In this document: in pieces, positions 1 to 10,174 of the stretch
Position numbering within the stretch: the first letter of the stretch is position 1
How the letters are laid out: each line of letters opens with the position of its first letter
Assembly (NCBI GenBank): GCA_963748625.1
Contig: CAVVJT010000007.1
Coordinates: 96,001-160,000, forward strand
Length of the DNA stretch: 64,000 nt
Direction of reading: 5' to 3'
DNA from: an uncultured Chloroflexia bacterium
GTDB lineage: Bacteria; Chloroflexota; Limnocylindria; Limnocylindrales; CSP1-4
Notes under the pieces: model-generated
Database searches by the model: none
What the model was told of the DNA's origin: nothing
The model's input: the letters and a program-made list of their open reading frames with translations, nothing else
Made by a program: the position numbers and the translations under genes

Positions 1-409
1 GCCCGAGCGGCACGAGCCAGAGAGCGGCTCGCGTTGTGTCGGGAATTGCCACCACGATGAGGTCCGAAGCCACAATCCACGTAGCCAGACCAACGAGACC
101 ACTGATCGACAAGGCCGCAATGATGGCTAGGAGAAGCACATCCAGAGCATCCTCATCCAGGTCCGGCAGCGGTATTGCGGCCTCGTAGCGCAACGTGACC
201 ACGATCGCCCCAATCGAGACGATCGCAAGGTAGATGCTTAGGGCGCCGATCTCGTCCGGAGCGTAGAGGCGCAATAGGATCGGTGACCCGAGAATGACGA
301 TTGCCTGGCCTGCGGCAGCGCCGCCTGCAAGGGTCACAACACTCCCGACGAAACCCTCTCTTCTCGAGGTGACCCGACGGATTCCGTCTCGCAGTGCGCG
401 CAACCTCAT
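1..409 (-). CDS. wzx: Wzx-type oligosaccharide flippase, N-terminal part (runs off window start)
   Basis: Absent from the ORF track. Manual translation from ATG 409 gives MRLRALRDGIRRVTSRREGFVGSVVTLAGGAAAGQAIVILGSPILLRLYAPDEIGALSIYLAIVSIGAIVVTLRYEAAIPLP, the typical Wzx N-terminus (SPILxRLY..G, TLRYExAIPLP), followed by TM helices. Confidence 0.85.
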   Translation of the reverse strand, partial: MRLRALRDGIRRVTSRREGFVGSVVTLAGGAAAGQAIVILGSPILLRLYAPDEIGALSIYLAIVSIGAIVVTLRYEAAIPLPDLDEDALDVLLLAIIAALSISGLVGLATWIVASDLIVVAIPDTTRAALWLVPLG

Positions 410-763
410 GGATCGTGCCGGATCCGGTCTGCGCCTCGACGCCCTGTGGCAGTCTGGCCAACAGTTGCACGGCGAGTGGCCGCGACCTTGATTCCAGCCC
501 CAGCGCGAGGACGATCTGCAGCCCGACAGCGCGATACTGATTGGGCACCGGCGCGATCTAACATCGAGCGGCCCTTCCGATATGTAGTTGGCCGGGGGAG
601 CGCAGCCTTGCCAGAAGAGCGTAGCGCCCGGGCTCGGCTCGCCGCCGAGTCCCGCAGGCGACGCTACAGGACGAACACAACTTCGATCAGCAGGCTGCGA
701 CCGCGGTCGTACAGGCTAGCCTCTGGCACCCGCTCCGCGGGCTTCGGGCACGCCAACCGTCCG

Positions 764-1834
764 TCAAGCGGTCGGTCGCCGGTTGTGATCTCCTGAGCCG
801 GCGCGAGTACGTCGTCCCGCGAGGCGCTGGCGAACACGGAAGATGTTCCTGATCGCTGATCGCCCAACGCGCATTATCCGGTACCGCGAGCGGTGAAAGT
901 GGAAGGTCGGCGTCTCCACGCCGCCGTACTTCGCCTTGTAGTCGCCTGCTCCCCCCAAGTCGTAGCGCTCGGCGCCCTGCTCCCGCCAGAATCTCATGGC
1001 CTCCCAATGCAGCACTTCGTTCGGGTGGAGTTCTGCCTCGGTGCGGCGGAAAGCGGCGCCCCAAAGGGCCACCGTCTTCGTGTGTCCGACCAGGATAGCC
1101 GTGGCTATGCAGTCGCCACGGGGCGAACGAATCCGCAACAGGAGGAGATGGCCCGACGGCTGGACGCAGCCGATGAGCTGGCGGACTCGTTCCACGCCAT
1201 ACGTCGGCACGAGGTTCTGGCGGGCAAACACCTCCGCGAGCTGCGCCCAGTACTCGTCTGCGAACTCGAGATCGGTGGACCGCTCCACAGTGAGCCCGTT
1301 TCGGCGAGCTCGTCTGAGATAGTTCCGTGTCGTCGGCCGCATCGCACGTGCGATCGCCTCTTCGTCAGGGCGAAGGTCGACGACGAACGTGTGGCCAACT
1401 TCAACGATGTAGCTGGATCCCGCCATCAGGTCCGCGGTGAGCTGACGGTCAGCGAGCTCGACGTGCAGGCAGCGCAGATGATGGAAGGCAAACAGAAGGA
1501 GGGCCTCCGCAGCGATCTGGCGGTCGAACCCGACCTCCAGCAGGAAGCCCATGCACTGCGTTCCCCACCCTCGCAGGGGACTGCCCAGGATCCGGATACC
1601 GTAGCGCCGGACGATCGCGCCGACGAAGAATCCAACGGGCCGTCCGTCCGCGCGCACGACGGCAGTGACCGGCTCCGCGCCTTGCGAGGCAGCCAGGAAG
1701 TCGAGCCACGCGGACCCATGGAAGACCTCCAGGTCTGGGTGACCAGCGATCATGTGATCCCAGGCGGCAGCGTCGTAGTCGAGGCGCTCAAACGTGACCT
1801 GTACCGGCTGACTCGACGTCACGATGCGACCCAA
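764..1834 (-). CDS. GNAT/FemAB-like (BioF2-type) N-acyltransferase
   Basis: FHGSAWL, 'RNYLRRARRNGL', 'HPNEVLHWEAMR', 'YDLGG..DYKAKYGG' are typical of the FemAB-like GNAT fold; start uncertain. Confidence 0.8.
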   Translation of the reverse strand: MGRIVTSSQPVQVTFERLDYDAAAWDHMIAGHPDLEVFHGSAWLDFLAASQGAEPVTAVVRADGRPVGFFVGAIVRRYGIRILGSPLRGWGTQCMGFLLEVGFDRQIAAEALLLFAFHHLRCLHVELADRQLTADLMAGSSYIVEVGHTFVVDLRPDEEAIARAMRPTTRNYLRRARRNGLTVERSTDLEFADEYWAQLAEVFARQNLVPTYGVERVRQLIGCVQPSGHLLLLRIRSPRGDCIATAILVGHTKTVALWGAAFRRTEAELHPNEVLHWEAMRFWREQGAERYDLGGAGDYKAKYGGVETPTFHFHRSRYRIMRVGRSAIRNIFRVRQRLAGRRTRAGSGDHNRRPTA

Positions 1835-2381
1835 CGTGGAAGAACACGGCGGGCCGCTTGCCTCACAGACGATGCTGTCCTCGCTGCGTCAGTGACGCTG
1901 CGCATTCCTACCCCCGGAGGATCCCGGCGCGGTAGCTGCCAGCTGCCAGCACTCCGGACCCTCGCTTGGTGCAGGGTTGACCGATCACGCCAGCGGCTGC
2001 TCCCTTGTGGCGTGCGGTTCACGACAGGTGCAAAGGCTGGAAGAGGTCGACGATTGCTGACCAAGTCAAGACGACGTCCCTTTAGAATGGATCGGACGCA
2101 GTGTCACCGTAGGTAAGGTGACCATGAACCGCGCCGATTCTGGCCGAGATCCAGAGCAGATGAGGTGAGTCTGCGCCGGCCCGGGACGCAAGTTTGAGTG
2201 GGCCGGGTCCGGCGGGCGGCGACAGTGTGTGGGGGGACGACCGTCAGAGGTGGCGTCGGGGGATCAGATACCCATTGGCGAACACGCAGGTGCGTGGCGC
2301 GGCGAGCCGCGGGGTGGCCCATTTCCGCTATCCCTGTGCCGTGCCTTCGATGCTCAGATGGCGTTCACCACCTTCTAGTTC

Positions 2382-3332
2382 CTAGCTGTAGCCGACGCGG
2401 ATCTTGCTCCGTAGCCAACGCCGCTCCAACGCTTGACGCTGGGCTGGAGATAGGACTGTGAGCCCGCGCTGTCGAACCAGGTGATCCAGGAGGGGGGTCA
2501 CGGGCACGAACCAACCGTTCTTGGACGCAAGGCGCTCCATGAGCTCGCGAAAGCGTGGGTCTATTCGCCCGTCGTTGCAGAAGCCGGAGGCAAAGTGGGT
2601 GTACATGATGCATGCCCCACCCTCCGCCTCGAGACGATCCTGCTCCGCCTCGCCGAGCTGGTGATTGAAGGCCCCCACGTCGGCCCCCTCAGAAGAGGCG
2701 AACCATGCTCGGACGTTGGGGCGGTCCGGGTCGTGATACGGCATGACGGGACAGGCGAGGAGGGTGTTCACGTCACCGTACGTGAAGTTGCGAACATACC
2801 GAACGCGCTCCCGACACAGATCGCCCCAGAACAGGGGGTCGCCTTCGATGTGACCGCGCGAGAAGCCACGACGGCGGAAACCCGTCAAGATGTTGTAGGC
2901 GAGCCGCGAGGTCCCGCTAACTCGGTCCTCGCCCCAGTAGATCGACTCGCGGCATCCGGCGTGATTGGCTAGGGTCTCGGGATCGTGACCGTAGATCTCC
3001 CGGAAACGATCCAGCGAGCGGGCCACAACCTCGCGAGGCGTTGTTGCCGGAGTGGCACCGTGCGAGCCGATCTCGAAGCCCGCCGTCTGCAACTCCAGGG
3101 TCCAGTCCCGATATGCCGGGTCGTCACAGGTTGCGCCCCCGATGAGGGGCGCGCCATCGCCAGCCATGGCCCAAACCGACTTGGTGGTTCGCAGGCCGAG
3201 GTCCCGCAGGAGCGAGTAGACCAGGGCCACATTCTCGACGGTAGCGTTGTCCGTGTCGTCAAAGACCGTAAAGGCGAACGCGCGGCCCTCCGGCCACTCG
3301 ACTAGCCGGCTGGTGTCCACCCGTCCCTCCAC
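2382..3332 (-). CDS. Polysaccharide deacetylase-like (NodB-fold) protein
   Basis: WPEGRAFAFTVFDDTD, FEIGSHG, ANH and YTHF motifs; GTG at 3332 with AAGGAG upstream. Confidence 0.7.
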   Translation of the reverse strand: MEGRVDTSRLVEWPEGRAFAFTVFDDTDNATVENVALVYSLLRDLGLRTTKSVWAMAGDGAPLIGGATCDDPAYRDWTLELQTAGFEIGSHGATPATTPREVVARSLDRFREIYGHDPETLANHAGCRESIYWGEDRVSGTSRLAYNILTGFRRRGFSRGHIEGDPLFWGDLCRERVRYVRNFTYGDVNTLLACPVMPYHDPDRPNVRAWFASSEGADVGAFNHQLGEAEQDRLEAEGGACIMYTHFASGFCNDGRIDPRFRELMERLASKNGWFVPVTPLLDHLVRQRGLTVLSPAQRQALERRWLRSKIRVGYS

Positions 3333-3657
3333 CCTGACTCCTTGGCGGGATCCACGCGGTAACTGCTTGCGCCACCCCCACCGAGACCGCGGATCTCGTG
3401 GTGGGCGATGAGCGCCAGCACGGACCGCGCAACGTCTCGAAGGTGCACCGGAACGGGCCAACTGTACCGCCTCGTGCGCTGGTTGCCGAGTGGGCGCGGT
3501 CGGTCTCATGTCCTCTTGCGGACAGCGGGTCGGAGTTCTGTGCGGCGGCTGCACGGAACCGCCGAAGAATGCCACGCATGGCCTTGTTGGAGGTTCAGCC
3601 AACCTCCGGCGTCGCAAGCTCTTGGGTGCGGACCATCTTGCGGAACAGTCGCTTCCC

Positions 3658-5543
3658 CTACGGGATGATCGTGTTCCCGGAGATCATGATGTCCACTGCA
3701 GTCGCAGCCGCATCACTCCCTGATGTCGTCAAGATTTCCCGGCCTTTGGGCCAAGAGACAATGACGTTGTTGCGGATGTCTCCGCCCGTCGAGTAGACAG
3801 AGGTGAGCGCCCAGTAGGATCCGGAGAAACCATGCACGGTGTTGCCGCTGACGTCATTGTCGAGAGCACGGGCCGTCGCATAGCCGGTGACGAAGATGCC
3901 CCGATAGGATCCGGTCACTGTGTTCCCCTGGAACACGTTGCGCTGTCCAGAATGGGTGTCGATGGCGGTCCAGGTCGGGACGTCGTTGACGGTGTTCCCG
4001 GTGACCTTGAAATCAGTGGTTGGCGGGTCTACAGCCGGGTTCTGCTGCGACAGGGAGATGCCATAGGCATTGCCGCTATTGGCTTCCGAACCGACGACGC
4101 CGACCCGCTCGACCAGGTTGTTCGTGACACCGCCGCCTTTCCCCGACAAGACCATGATCCCCGCATAGACGACGTCACGGACGGTGTTATGGTCGACCTG
4201 CAGGCCAGTCACATGACCGAGCCACATCCCTGATTCGCCGAAGTTGCTGACGTAGCAATTCCGCACCGTCAGGCTCGCGACTGCAGATCCGACATAGATG
4301 CCGATCTCGCGGCTGTTGTACGCCGAGTGCTGCGAACCCGTGATCGTGAGGCCATCTAGGGTCACCGAGTTGGCTGCAATGGTGATCGCACGGGTCGAAG
4401 CCCCGACCTTGACCGCGCCCCCGACGATCGTTAGGGCTTTGGTGACGATCGCGGGGGTCGTGAATGAGCATCCGGTGAGAGTCAGAGTGCTCCCGGCCGG
4501 CGCGGCGTCGATGCGCGCTTGGAGGTCACCGCATGGCGCAGGCGTCGGGGCGGCCGTGGGCGCAGGCGTCGGGGCGGCCGTGGGCGCAGGCGTCGGGGCG
4601 GCCGTGGGCGCAGGCGTCGGGGCGGCCGTGGGCGCAGGCGTCGGGGCGGCCGTGGGCGCAGGCGTCGGGGCGGCCGTGGGCGCAGGCGTCGGGGCGGCCG
4701 TCGGCGCGGGGGTCGGGGCGGCCGGCGGCGCGGGGGTCGGGGCGGCCGTGGGCGCGGGGGTCGGGGCGGCCGTGGGCGCGGGGGTCGGGGCGGCCGTGGG
4801 CGCGGGGGTCGGGGCGGCCGTGCGGCGCGGGGGTCGGGGCGGCCGTGCGGCGCGGGGGTCGGGGCAGGCTCGGCGGCGGCCTTTGGCGTGGGTGCGGGTG
4901 ATGCCGTGGCCTTGGGTGTGGCTTTCGGCTTGGGCGTCGGGCGAGTCTTCGCGCCCATCAGGTCGGTGCCGAGGCGGACGACGAACGCGTCGACGGCAAC
5001 CGTCGGGTGCCCCCGGGTGCCCAAGCTGACGATGGAGATCCTGTGAGTTCCCACGGCGTTCCACGACTTCTCGAAGAGCACGCGCGCCGGGCGGAAGTGG
5101 GACGCCCATGTATTCACGGTCTTGACGAGCTTGCCGTCGATGTAGATCTTCGCCTTGCCGCGGGTCGGACCGATCGGCCCAATCCATGAGACCGCCGCCC
5201 CTTTGAACCTCAGGGTGGCCCTGGCCTTGCCAGCCTTCGCGGCCCGGGCCTTGTCGCCAAGATAGCCCGGGTGATGGACGGTCACCCAGGCGCCCCGGTA
5301 CGAGATCGCTCGGTTGCCCTCCTGGTAGACCTTGATCGCGGAGATGGCCTTCCACTCCGCACGCTGCGTCTGTGCCGAGGGCCGCGCAGCGGCGACGCTG
5401 GAGACCGGCACGAGTAGGCTCAGGAGCACGAGGGCCATGACGCCGGTGGAGACCCAGCCACGGAAGGAGCGTCGAGACGGCTGTCGGGGCGTCGCAACCG
5501 GCTGCCCGTCATCAGGGGGCCGACGACCTCCATTCCAGAACAT
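3658..5543 (-). CDS. Secreted protein: beta-sandwich/carbohydrate-binding-like domain + Pro/Thr linker + right-handed parallel beta-helix (pectate-lyase-like); frameshifted in the linker
   Basis: N-terminal half lies in ORF 4482..5657 (signal peptide, GAAVSWIGPIGPTRGKAKIYIDGK domain). C-terminal half lies in ORF 3658..5355 (LQARIDAAPAGSTL, PbH1-like repeats). Removing 2 extra bases at ~4823 and ~4848 gives one 627-aa ORF. Confidence 0.75.
4535..4866 (-). repeat. 24-bp tandem repeat (~13-14 copies) encoding a TAAPTPAP linker
   Basis: Unit ggcgc(a/g)gg(c/g)gtcggggcggccgtg on the + strand; two copies are 25 bp. Confidence 0.95.
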
Positions 5544-5554
5544 GGGCGAGGATT

Positions 5555-5632
5555 CCTTTCGGCAACCCGGCTGACTCAGAGAGTCCCGTGGCTTTGCGGC
5601 CCCGCCTCGCGACGGGTGTGCCATTTCGAGGG
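5555..5632 (-). ncRNA. c-di-GMP-I (GEMM) riboswitch
   Basis: Minus strand reads cctcgaaatGGCACAC-ccgtc-GCGA-ggcgg-GGCCGCAAAGCC-acgg-gac..gtc-AGCCGGGTTGCCGAaagg. This matches the GEMM-I core (GGCAnAC, P2 with GNRA loop, CGCAAAGC, P3, GTTRCCGA) and ends ~12 nt upstream of ATG 5543. Confidence 0.88.
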
Positions 5633-5976
5633 TGCGTCGTTCAACCGAGCGCAGCACCGCCTCGCAGTGTCACTTGGCCCCAGCGCTCCGCCAATGGGGA
5701 GATGGTCCCGGCAGGAGCGGCCCCTGGGTCACGGTGACCACCCATCACCGCACCGCACGTCACCACGCGGCCGAACGATGGTGCGCCCAGTCACCGCCTC
5801 AGCACTTCGACCCGACGAGTCGATCGCGATTGTCGCGACGCGTGGCGCTCGGGAGGGAGAGGGCCGCGTTCGGGGCCCGGACTTACACGCCGACGAGGAC
5901 CCCTACACCTCGCCGCCGGAACCAGTGCAGTGTCGAGGCCCGCCAAGAACCCAGCGCTCCTGATAGCGCAGACCGA

Positions 5977-7314
5977 TCATGCCTGCGAGACATCAAGCAC
6001 ACCGTGGTCACCCTCGGCAGACCGGGGACGTCCCTCGATGACATCCGCGAACAGATCCCCGATGTGCGCTAGGTCATGCTCGCGTGCAACGAAGGCGCGG
6101 CCCGCGGAGCCCATCGCGACCAGCGTGTCGGGCGGTGATCCGGCGAGTTCCAGGAAGGCGGCGGCGAGACGCTCCGGATCGTCGGGTCGGACCGAGATCC
6201 CCGCACCGACGGAGGGTACGGGGTCATAGGCAGTGTCGCATGCGAACACCACCGGCCTCTCTGCGGCCATGTAGTCGAACAGCTTGTTGAAGCTGGTCCC
6301 GTACCGGTAGACGGGTGTGTAGGTCGTGTGGACGACGGCCGCATCGAAAGCGCGCAGGATCCTGGGCACGAACACCTTGGGAACCGCGGGTCCGAGGCTG
6401 ACGACCGGATGGCCGGCCGCACGGCGCTCCAGGTCCACGCGCTCTGGACCATCGCCGACCAGAAGAACCCCGATTCGGCCGGGCGCCCGCGTCTCTGCGA
6501 TTTGCGCCGCTGCGATGATGACATCGAGCCGATAGACGCGACCGAACGTCCCCAGGTAGCCGATCACGAACCTCCCGTCCGCCTTGAATCGGCCGGCCTC
6601 TGCTAAGCAACGGGCGACGTCCGCTGGCTCGCTCCCAGCCCCCTCACCCCCATCGAATGCGGCTAGCCTTGCGCCGTTTGGGATGTAGACCACGTGCCCG
6701 ATCGGCAGCCCACGCTCCAGGAGATAGTCCCGAATGCCGGGAAGCAGCGTGACGACTATCGAGGCGCGTCTCACCAGAAGCGCCTCAAGCGAGCGCAGCA
6801 TCGCCTCGCGCGGTGAGCCTTGACGCAGCGCGCCTAGATCCACGAGCGTTTGCGGCCAGAGGTCCCGAATCTCAAATATGAAGCGCGCGCGGCGCAGTTG
6901 CGCGGCCAGATAGGCGCCGAGAGCTGCGAATGGATGGACCGTGGAACCGACGATGTCGTCAGGCGACGCGAAACGCGTCTGGACCACCAGAAACGTCACC
7001 ATGAAGGACATCATATTGACCTGTCGGCGCAGGCCGTTGCCCCGATATGGAAACGTCCACAACCACACGAACCGGACACCATCGCACAGTTCGCTGCGGT
7101 ACATCTTGCCCGGCGCGAGTCGTTCCTCGCGACCTGACAGGTGACCGAAGCCGGCGGCGAAGACCGTAACCACGTGGCCGCGCTTTACGAGTCCTCGGGC
7201 AAGCTCGAAATGGCGACTTCCAGTCGGCTGGTCGGGGGTGGAAGCATAGTGGTTGACCAACCAGACCGTGTGTCGATTTGCGGATGCCCGATCCGTCGAG
7301 CAGGGCGCACTCAT
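5977..7314 (-). CDS. Glycosyltransferase family 4 (WbuB-like)
   Basis: VWLVNHYA..GSRHFELAR, FEIRDLWP, IPNG, NKLFDYMAAERPVV. Confidence 0.9.
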   Translation of the reverse strand: MSAPCSTDRASANRHTVWLVNHYASTPDQPTGSRHFELARGLVKRGHVVTVFAAGFGHLSGREERLAPGKMYRSELCDGVRFVWLWTFPYRGNGLRRQVNMMSFMVTFLVVQTRFASPDDIVGSTVHPFAALGAYLAAQLRRARFIFEIRDLWPQTLVDLGALRQGSPREAMLRSLEALLVRRASIVVTLLPGIRDYLLERGLPIGHVVYIPNGARLAAFDGGEGAGSEPADVARCLAEAGRFKADGRFVIGYLGTFGRVYRLDVIIAAAQIAETRAPGRIGVLLVGDGPERVDLERRAAGHPVVSLGPAVPKVFVPRILRAFDAAVVHTTYTPVYRYGTSFNKLFDYMAAERPVVFACDTAYDPVPSVGAGISVRPDDPERLAAAFLELAGSPPDTLVAMGSAGRAFVAREHDLAHIGDLFADVIEGRPRSAEGDHGVLDVSQA

Positions 7315-7487
7315 GTCACGCCAAATCCCTCTTGCTTGGCGATCAGCCACATTCTGGCGTCGCGACTGTTTGTCCACATGTGCACCCCGGTGCTCCCGGA
7401 ATGCCTGCGCTTGACTCAAGCGGCAAGTTAGGCAAATTGGGCACCATCGTCCATCGCACGACTGCTCATCGCGCAGGTCGGCACCAC

Positions 7488-9062
7488 CTATGAGTCGAGA
7501 CGGTCCGGCGCCGCGGTCGCCGGACCGCCTGATGTCGGCCCAAGCTCACCTTGACGGTACTTGGGAAAGAAGCCCGATCTCGCGCGCGGATCGAGCGGAT
7601 CAAGGTGTGGATGGAGTGCCGCGACGAGACGGCCATACTCTCGCTCGTCGACCACCAGCCGGAGGGTGGTGAAGGTGTGGCGCAGTGGGGAGAAGCCGGT
7701 CTTGAAGTGCAACAGCGAGTCGGCAACGCCTCCCACACCCCCGCCGAGGTGGAGGACATCGTTCCCTCGCTCCCGGGCCCAGGCCCGCGCGAAGTGCATC
7801 ATCAGTTTCGTCGGCTGGATGTCGCGGAACTCGCCACTCGTCCCCGATAGGTGGTATTGGACGATGCCATCCGTCTCTACGAAGAGTCCTGTGGCTGCCA
7901 CCGCGTCGGCGTTCTCGACAACGCAGAGGTGGAGACGGTCGCCCAATGCAGCCCGCAGACTATCGAAGTACGCGTCCGCAAACTGGTAGAAGGGCGACGC
8001 CTTTCGGCGCTCCATGGTCTCCCTGTACTGGCGCTTGAACGTCTCGAAGTGCACCCAGTCTTCGTCCATGCGGGCGACGTAGCCGAACCGAGTGGCACGC
8101 AGGATGTCGCGCCGGTGATTCAGCCGCATCTGGGCCCAGTGCACGTCAGCCCCAAGTGTCAGGTCCACGCTTACCGTGTCACCGTGGGAAACGAGCACGC
8201 CGATCCCCTCGGGCGGCAGCATGTTGAGCAGCGGATGGAGCCGCAAGAACACTGCCACGAGCCCCGCGTCGCGCAGCACCTGGAGTCCCGCGACCAGCGC
8301 GACTCGCAGGAATGCAGGATCCTCGACCCCCTTCCCGATCGGACCTGGGTAGCCGTAGGGCGAGGTGGCGTCGAACCCATCACCCGGGATCTGTCGGATC
8401 AACAGGGGCAGCAGCATCGTCCTGTGACCGTCTGTGACGCGCAGTGCACAGGGCCGTGCGCCCTCCTGAGCCGCGCACAACGCGACGTATGCCGGCAGGT
8501 GGTAGAAGTCATGGCGCGCTTCCCGGAGCACTGCCTCCCACTCAGGCGCACCGACATCGAGCAACGTTCCAGAGAGTGGCGGCGAAGGCAGAGGCGTCGC
8601 AAGCTTGACCTCGCGATCCTGCTCGAGGTCAAGCAGCATCACAAGCTCGCCGCGGTCCTCGCCCGCGTACGCGTAGCCAAGCGCCTCGTACAGGTGGCGG
8701 GCACGAACGTTCTCGGGATGAACACGCAACCGGACCACCGTGGCGCCTCGTTGGGCGGCCTCGGCGTGCAAATATCCCATCATCGCGCGGCCCAGGCCCC
8801 GACCACCGGCACTTGATCGGACCGCGATGCCCAACGAGGGGACCGAGTAACCCTCGTCCCAGCCACGAAGCATGCCGTAGGCGACCGCCTGGCCGTCCTC
8901 GATGAGAACTGCGTAGGCATCTGGCCCTTTGTCGCCGGCGATTCGGCGGGCTTCGTCATGAGTAAAGGGATGCGGGCGGAAGTACGTCTCGTCGATGTCC
9001 GCAAAGACGTCGACCAGTAGCGCTTCATCCCCCGGCCCCACGACTCGATACTCGCTGCTCAA
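7488..9062 (-). CDS. Double GNAT protein (N-terminal classical GNAT + C-terminal FemAB-like GNAT)
   Basis: N-terminal LGIAVRSSAGGRGLGRAMM..LYEALGY. C-terminal DFYHLPAY, SPYGYPGP, HLGGGVGG..SLLHFKTGFS. TTG start overlaps the upstream TGA. Confidence 0.8.
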   Translation of the reverse strand: MSSEYRVVGPGDEALLVDVFADIDETYFRPHPFTHDEARRIAGDKGPDAYAVLIEDGQAVAYGMLRGWDEGYSVPSLGIAVRSSAGGRGLGRAMMGYLHAEAAQRGATVVRLRVHPENVRARHLYEALGYAYAGEDRGELVMLLDLEQDREVKLATPLPSPPLSGTLLDVGAPEWEAVLREARHDFYHLPAYVALCAAQEGARPCALRVTDGHRTMLLPLLIRQIPGDGFDATSPYGYPGPIGKGVEDPAFLRVALVAGLQVLRDAGLVAVFLRLHPLLNMLPPEGIGVLVSHGDTVSVDLTLGADVHWAQMRLNHRRDILRATRFGYVARMDEDWVHFETFKRQYRETMERRKASPFYQFADAYFDSLRAALGDRLHLCVVENADAVAATGLFVETDGIVQYHLSGTSGEFRDIQPTKLMMHFARAWARERGNDVLHLGGGVGGVADSLLHFKTGFSPLRHTFTTLRLVVDEREYGRLVAALHPHLDPLDPRARSGFFPKYRQGELGPTSGGPATAAPDRLDS

Positions 9063-9946
9063 CCTTCGCCTCCGGACGGGACGTGCGGGTAGGCATCTTC
9101 GGGGCCGGGTTGGCGCACGGCCCGGGTGAACAGGGAAGGGCCGGGCGTGAAAGCGGCGAGGCTGGGTTGGACGATGCGCTCCAGGCCGGTGAGCAGCCCG
9201 ATGGGCAGATGTGCCGTGATGAACGTCGGGCGGAGGAGGCCCACGCTCCTCGTCGGGCCGACGATGAACCCGACGTCCTCCAGCCAGGTGCGAACGTCCC
9301 TCGGTGCGTGGAGATACATTGTGGACCCGGACCACCCTCGCACCTTCGTCTCCTCGCCCGACAGCCCAGTCACGAGACGAGGTCGTCTGCCTTTGGCGCG
9401 GGAAGGCAACAGCGTGAGTTCCACGTAAGGCTGCGAACCGAGCCGGAATGGTGACGAGCGCAGGCGGCGGGTCAGATAGGCGAGGATCGCCTTCAGGTTG
9501 CGCTTGTTGGCCGTCTCCAGCACGAGGACGCCACCTGGGCGAAGGACTCTAGCGAACTCGGTGAGCGCGGGACGAGGATTCTCCAGGTGATGCAGCATCC
9601 GCACGCAGACGACGGTATCGAAGCTTCGATCGACGAAGGGAAGGTGGTTTGCCTCTCCCGATACCAGCGTGAACCGTGCCTGGTCGCCGATGTGCTCGCG
9701 CGCACCTCTCAGCATGGCCTCCGAAGGGTCGAGGAGCACGACATGATCGTAGCCCGCGTACTCGTCGGCAAGCCGGCCGAAGCCGGCTCCAACCTCGAGG
9801 ACACGATCCCCGCTGGGCGGCAGGAGCGCCCGGAGCGCCATCCGGTCGCACTCATCCTCGTACCGCCGTCCAGGCCAGAAGTGGTCGCGATAGTCGAGGT
9901 TCTCAAAGGCGACGAGTGTCGTCGCTAGCTCCGGAGCGGCCGCCAT
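9059..9946 (-). CDS. Class I SAM-dependent methyltransferase
   Basis: VLEVGAGFG motif I; LPFVDRSFDTVVC; ARVLRPGG. Confidence 0.9.
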   Translation of the reverse strand: MAAAPELATTLVAFENLDYRDHFWPGRRYEDECDRMALRALLPPSGDRVLEVGAGFGRLADEYAGYDHVVLLDPSEAMLRGAREHIGDQARFTLVSGEANHLPFVDRSFDTVVCVRMLHHLENPRPALTEFARVLRPGGVLVLETANKRNLKAILAYLTRRLRSSPFRLGSQPYVELTLLPSRAKGRRPRLVTGLSGEETKVRGWSGSTMYLHAPRDVRTWLEDVGFIVGPTRSVGLLRPTFITAHLPIGLLTGLERIVQPSLAAFTPGPSLFTRAVRQPGPEDAYPHVPSGGEG

Positions 9947-10174
9947 CGCAGGGTCCGCCTCGAGCCCGGAAGCCGGTGGATGTGACGATGCGCGGTCCAT
10001 GCGTGCATCGTACTCGTCCCCGCTCGGCCGCAGCCGCGATCCGGTCCCCAGTTGCGGGCACGCACGCCGCTAGGTTTGTCCGGCGAAACATCCACGAGGC
10101 TGCGTGATAACGTCAGGCTGCCGTCGTGGGGCCGCGTCGCACGACCGATGCCATCCGATCTGGCCGGAGACGTC

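Noticed and set aside
1835-2381. Long spacer as possible ncRNA or small ORFs
   Set aside because: No recognisable RNA motif, strong stems or codon-biased ORF.
4535-4866. Regular repeat array as a possible CRISPR
   Set aside because: Units are contiguous with no spacers, encode a Pro/Thr linker, and no cas genes are present.
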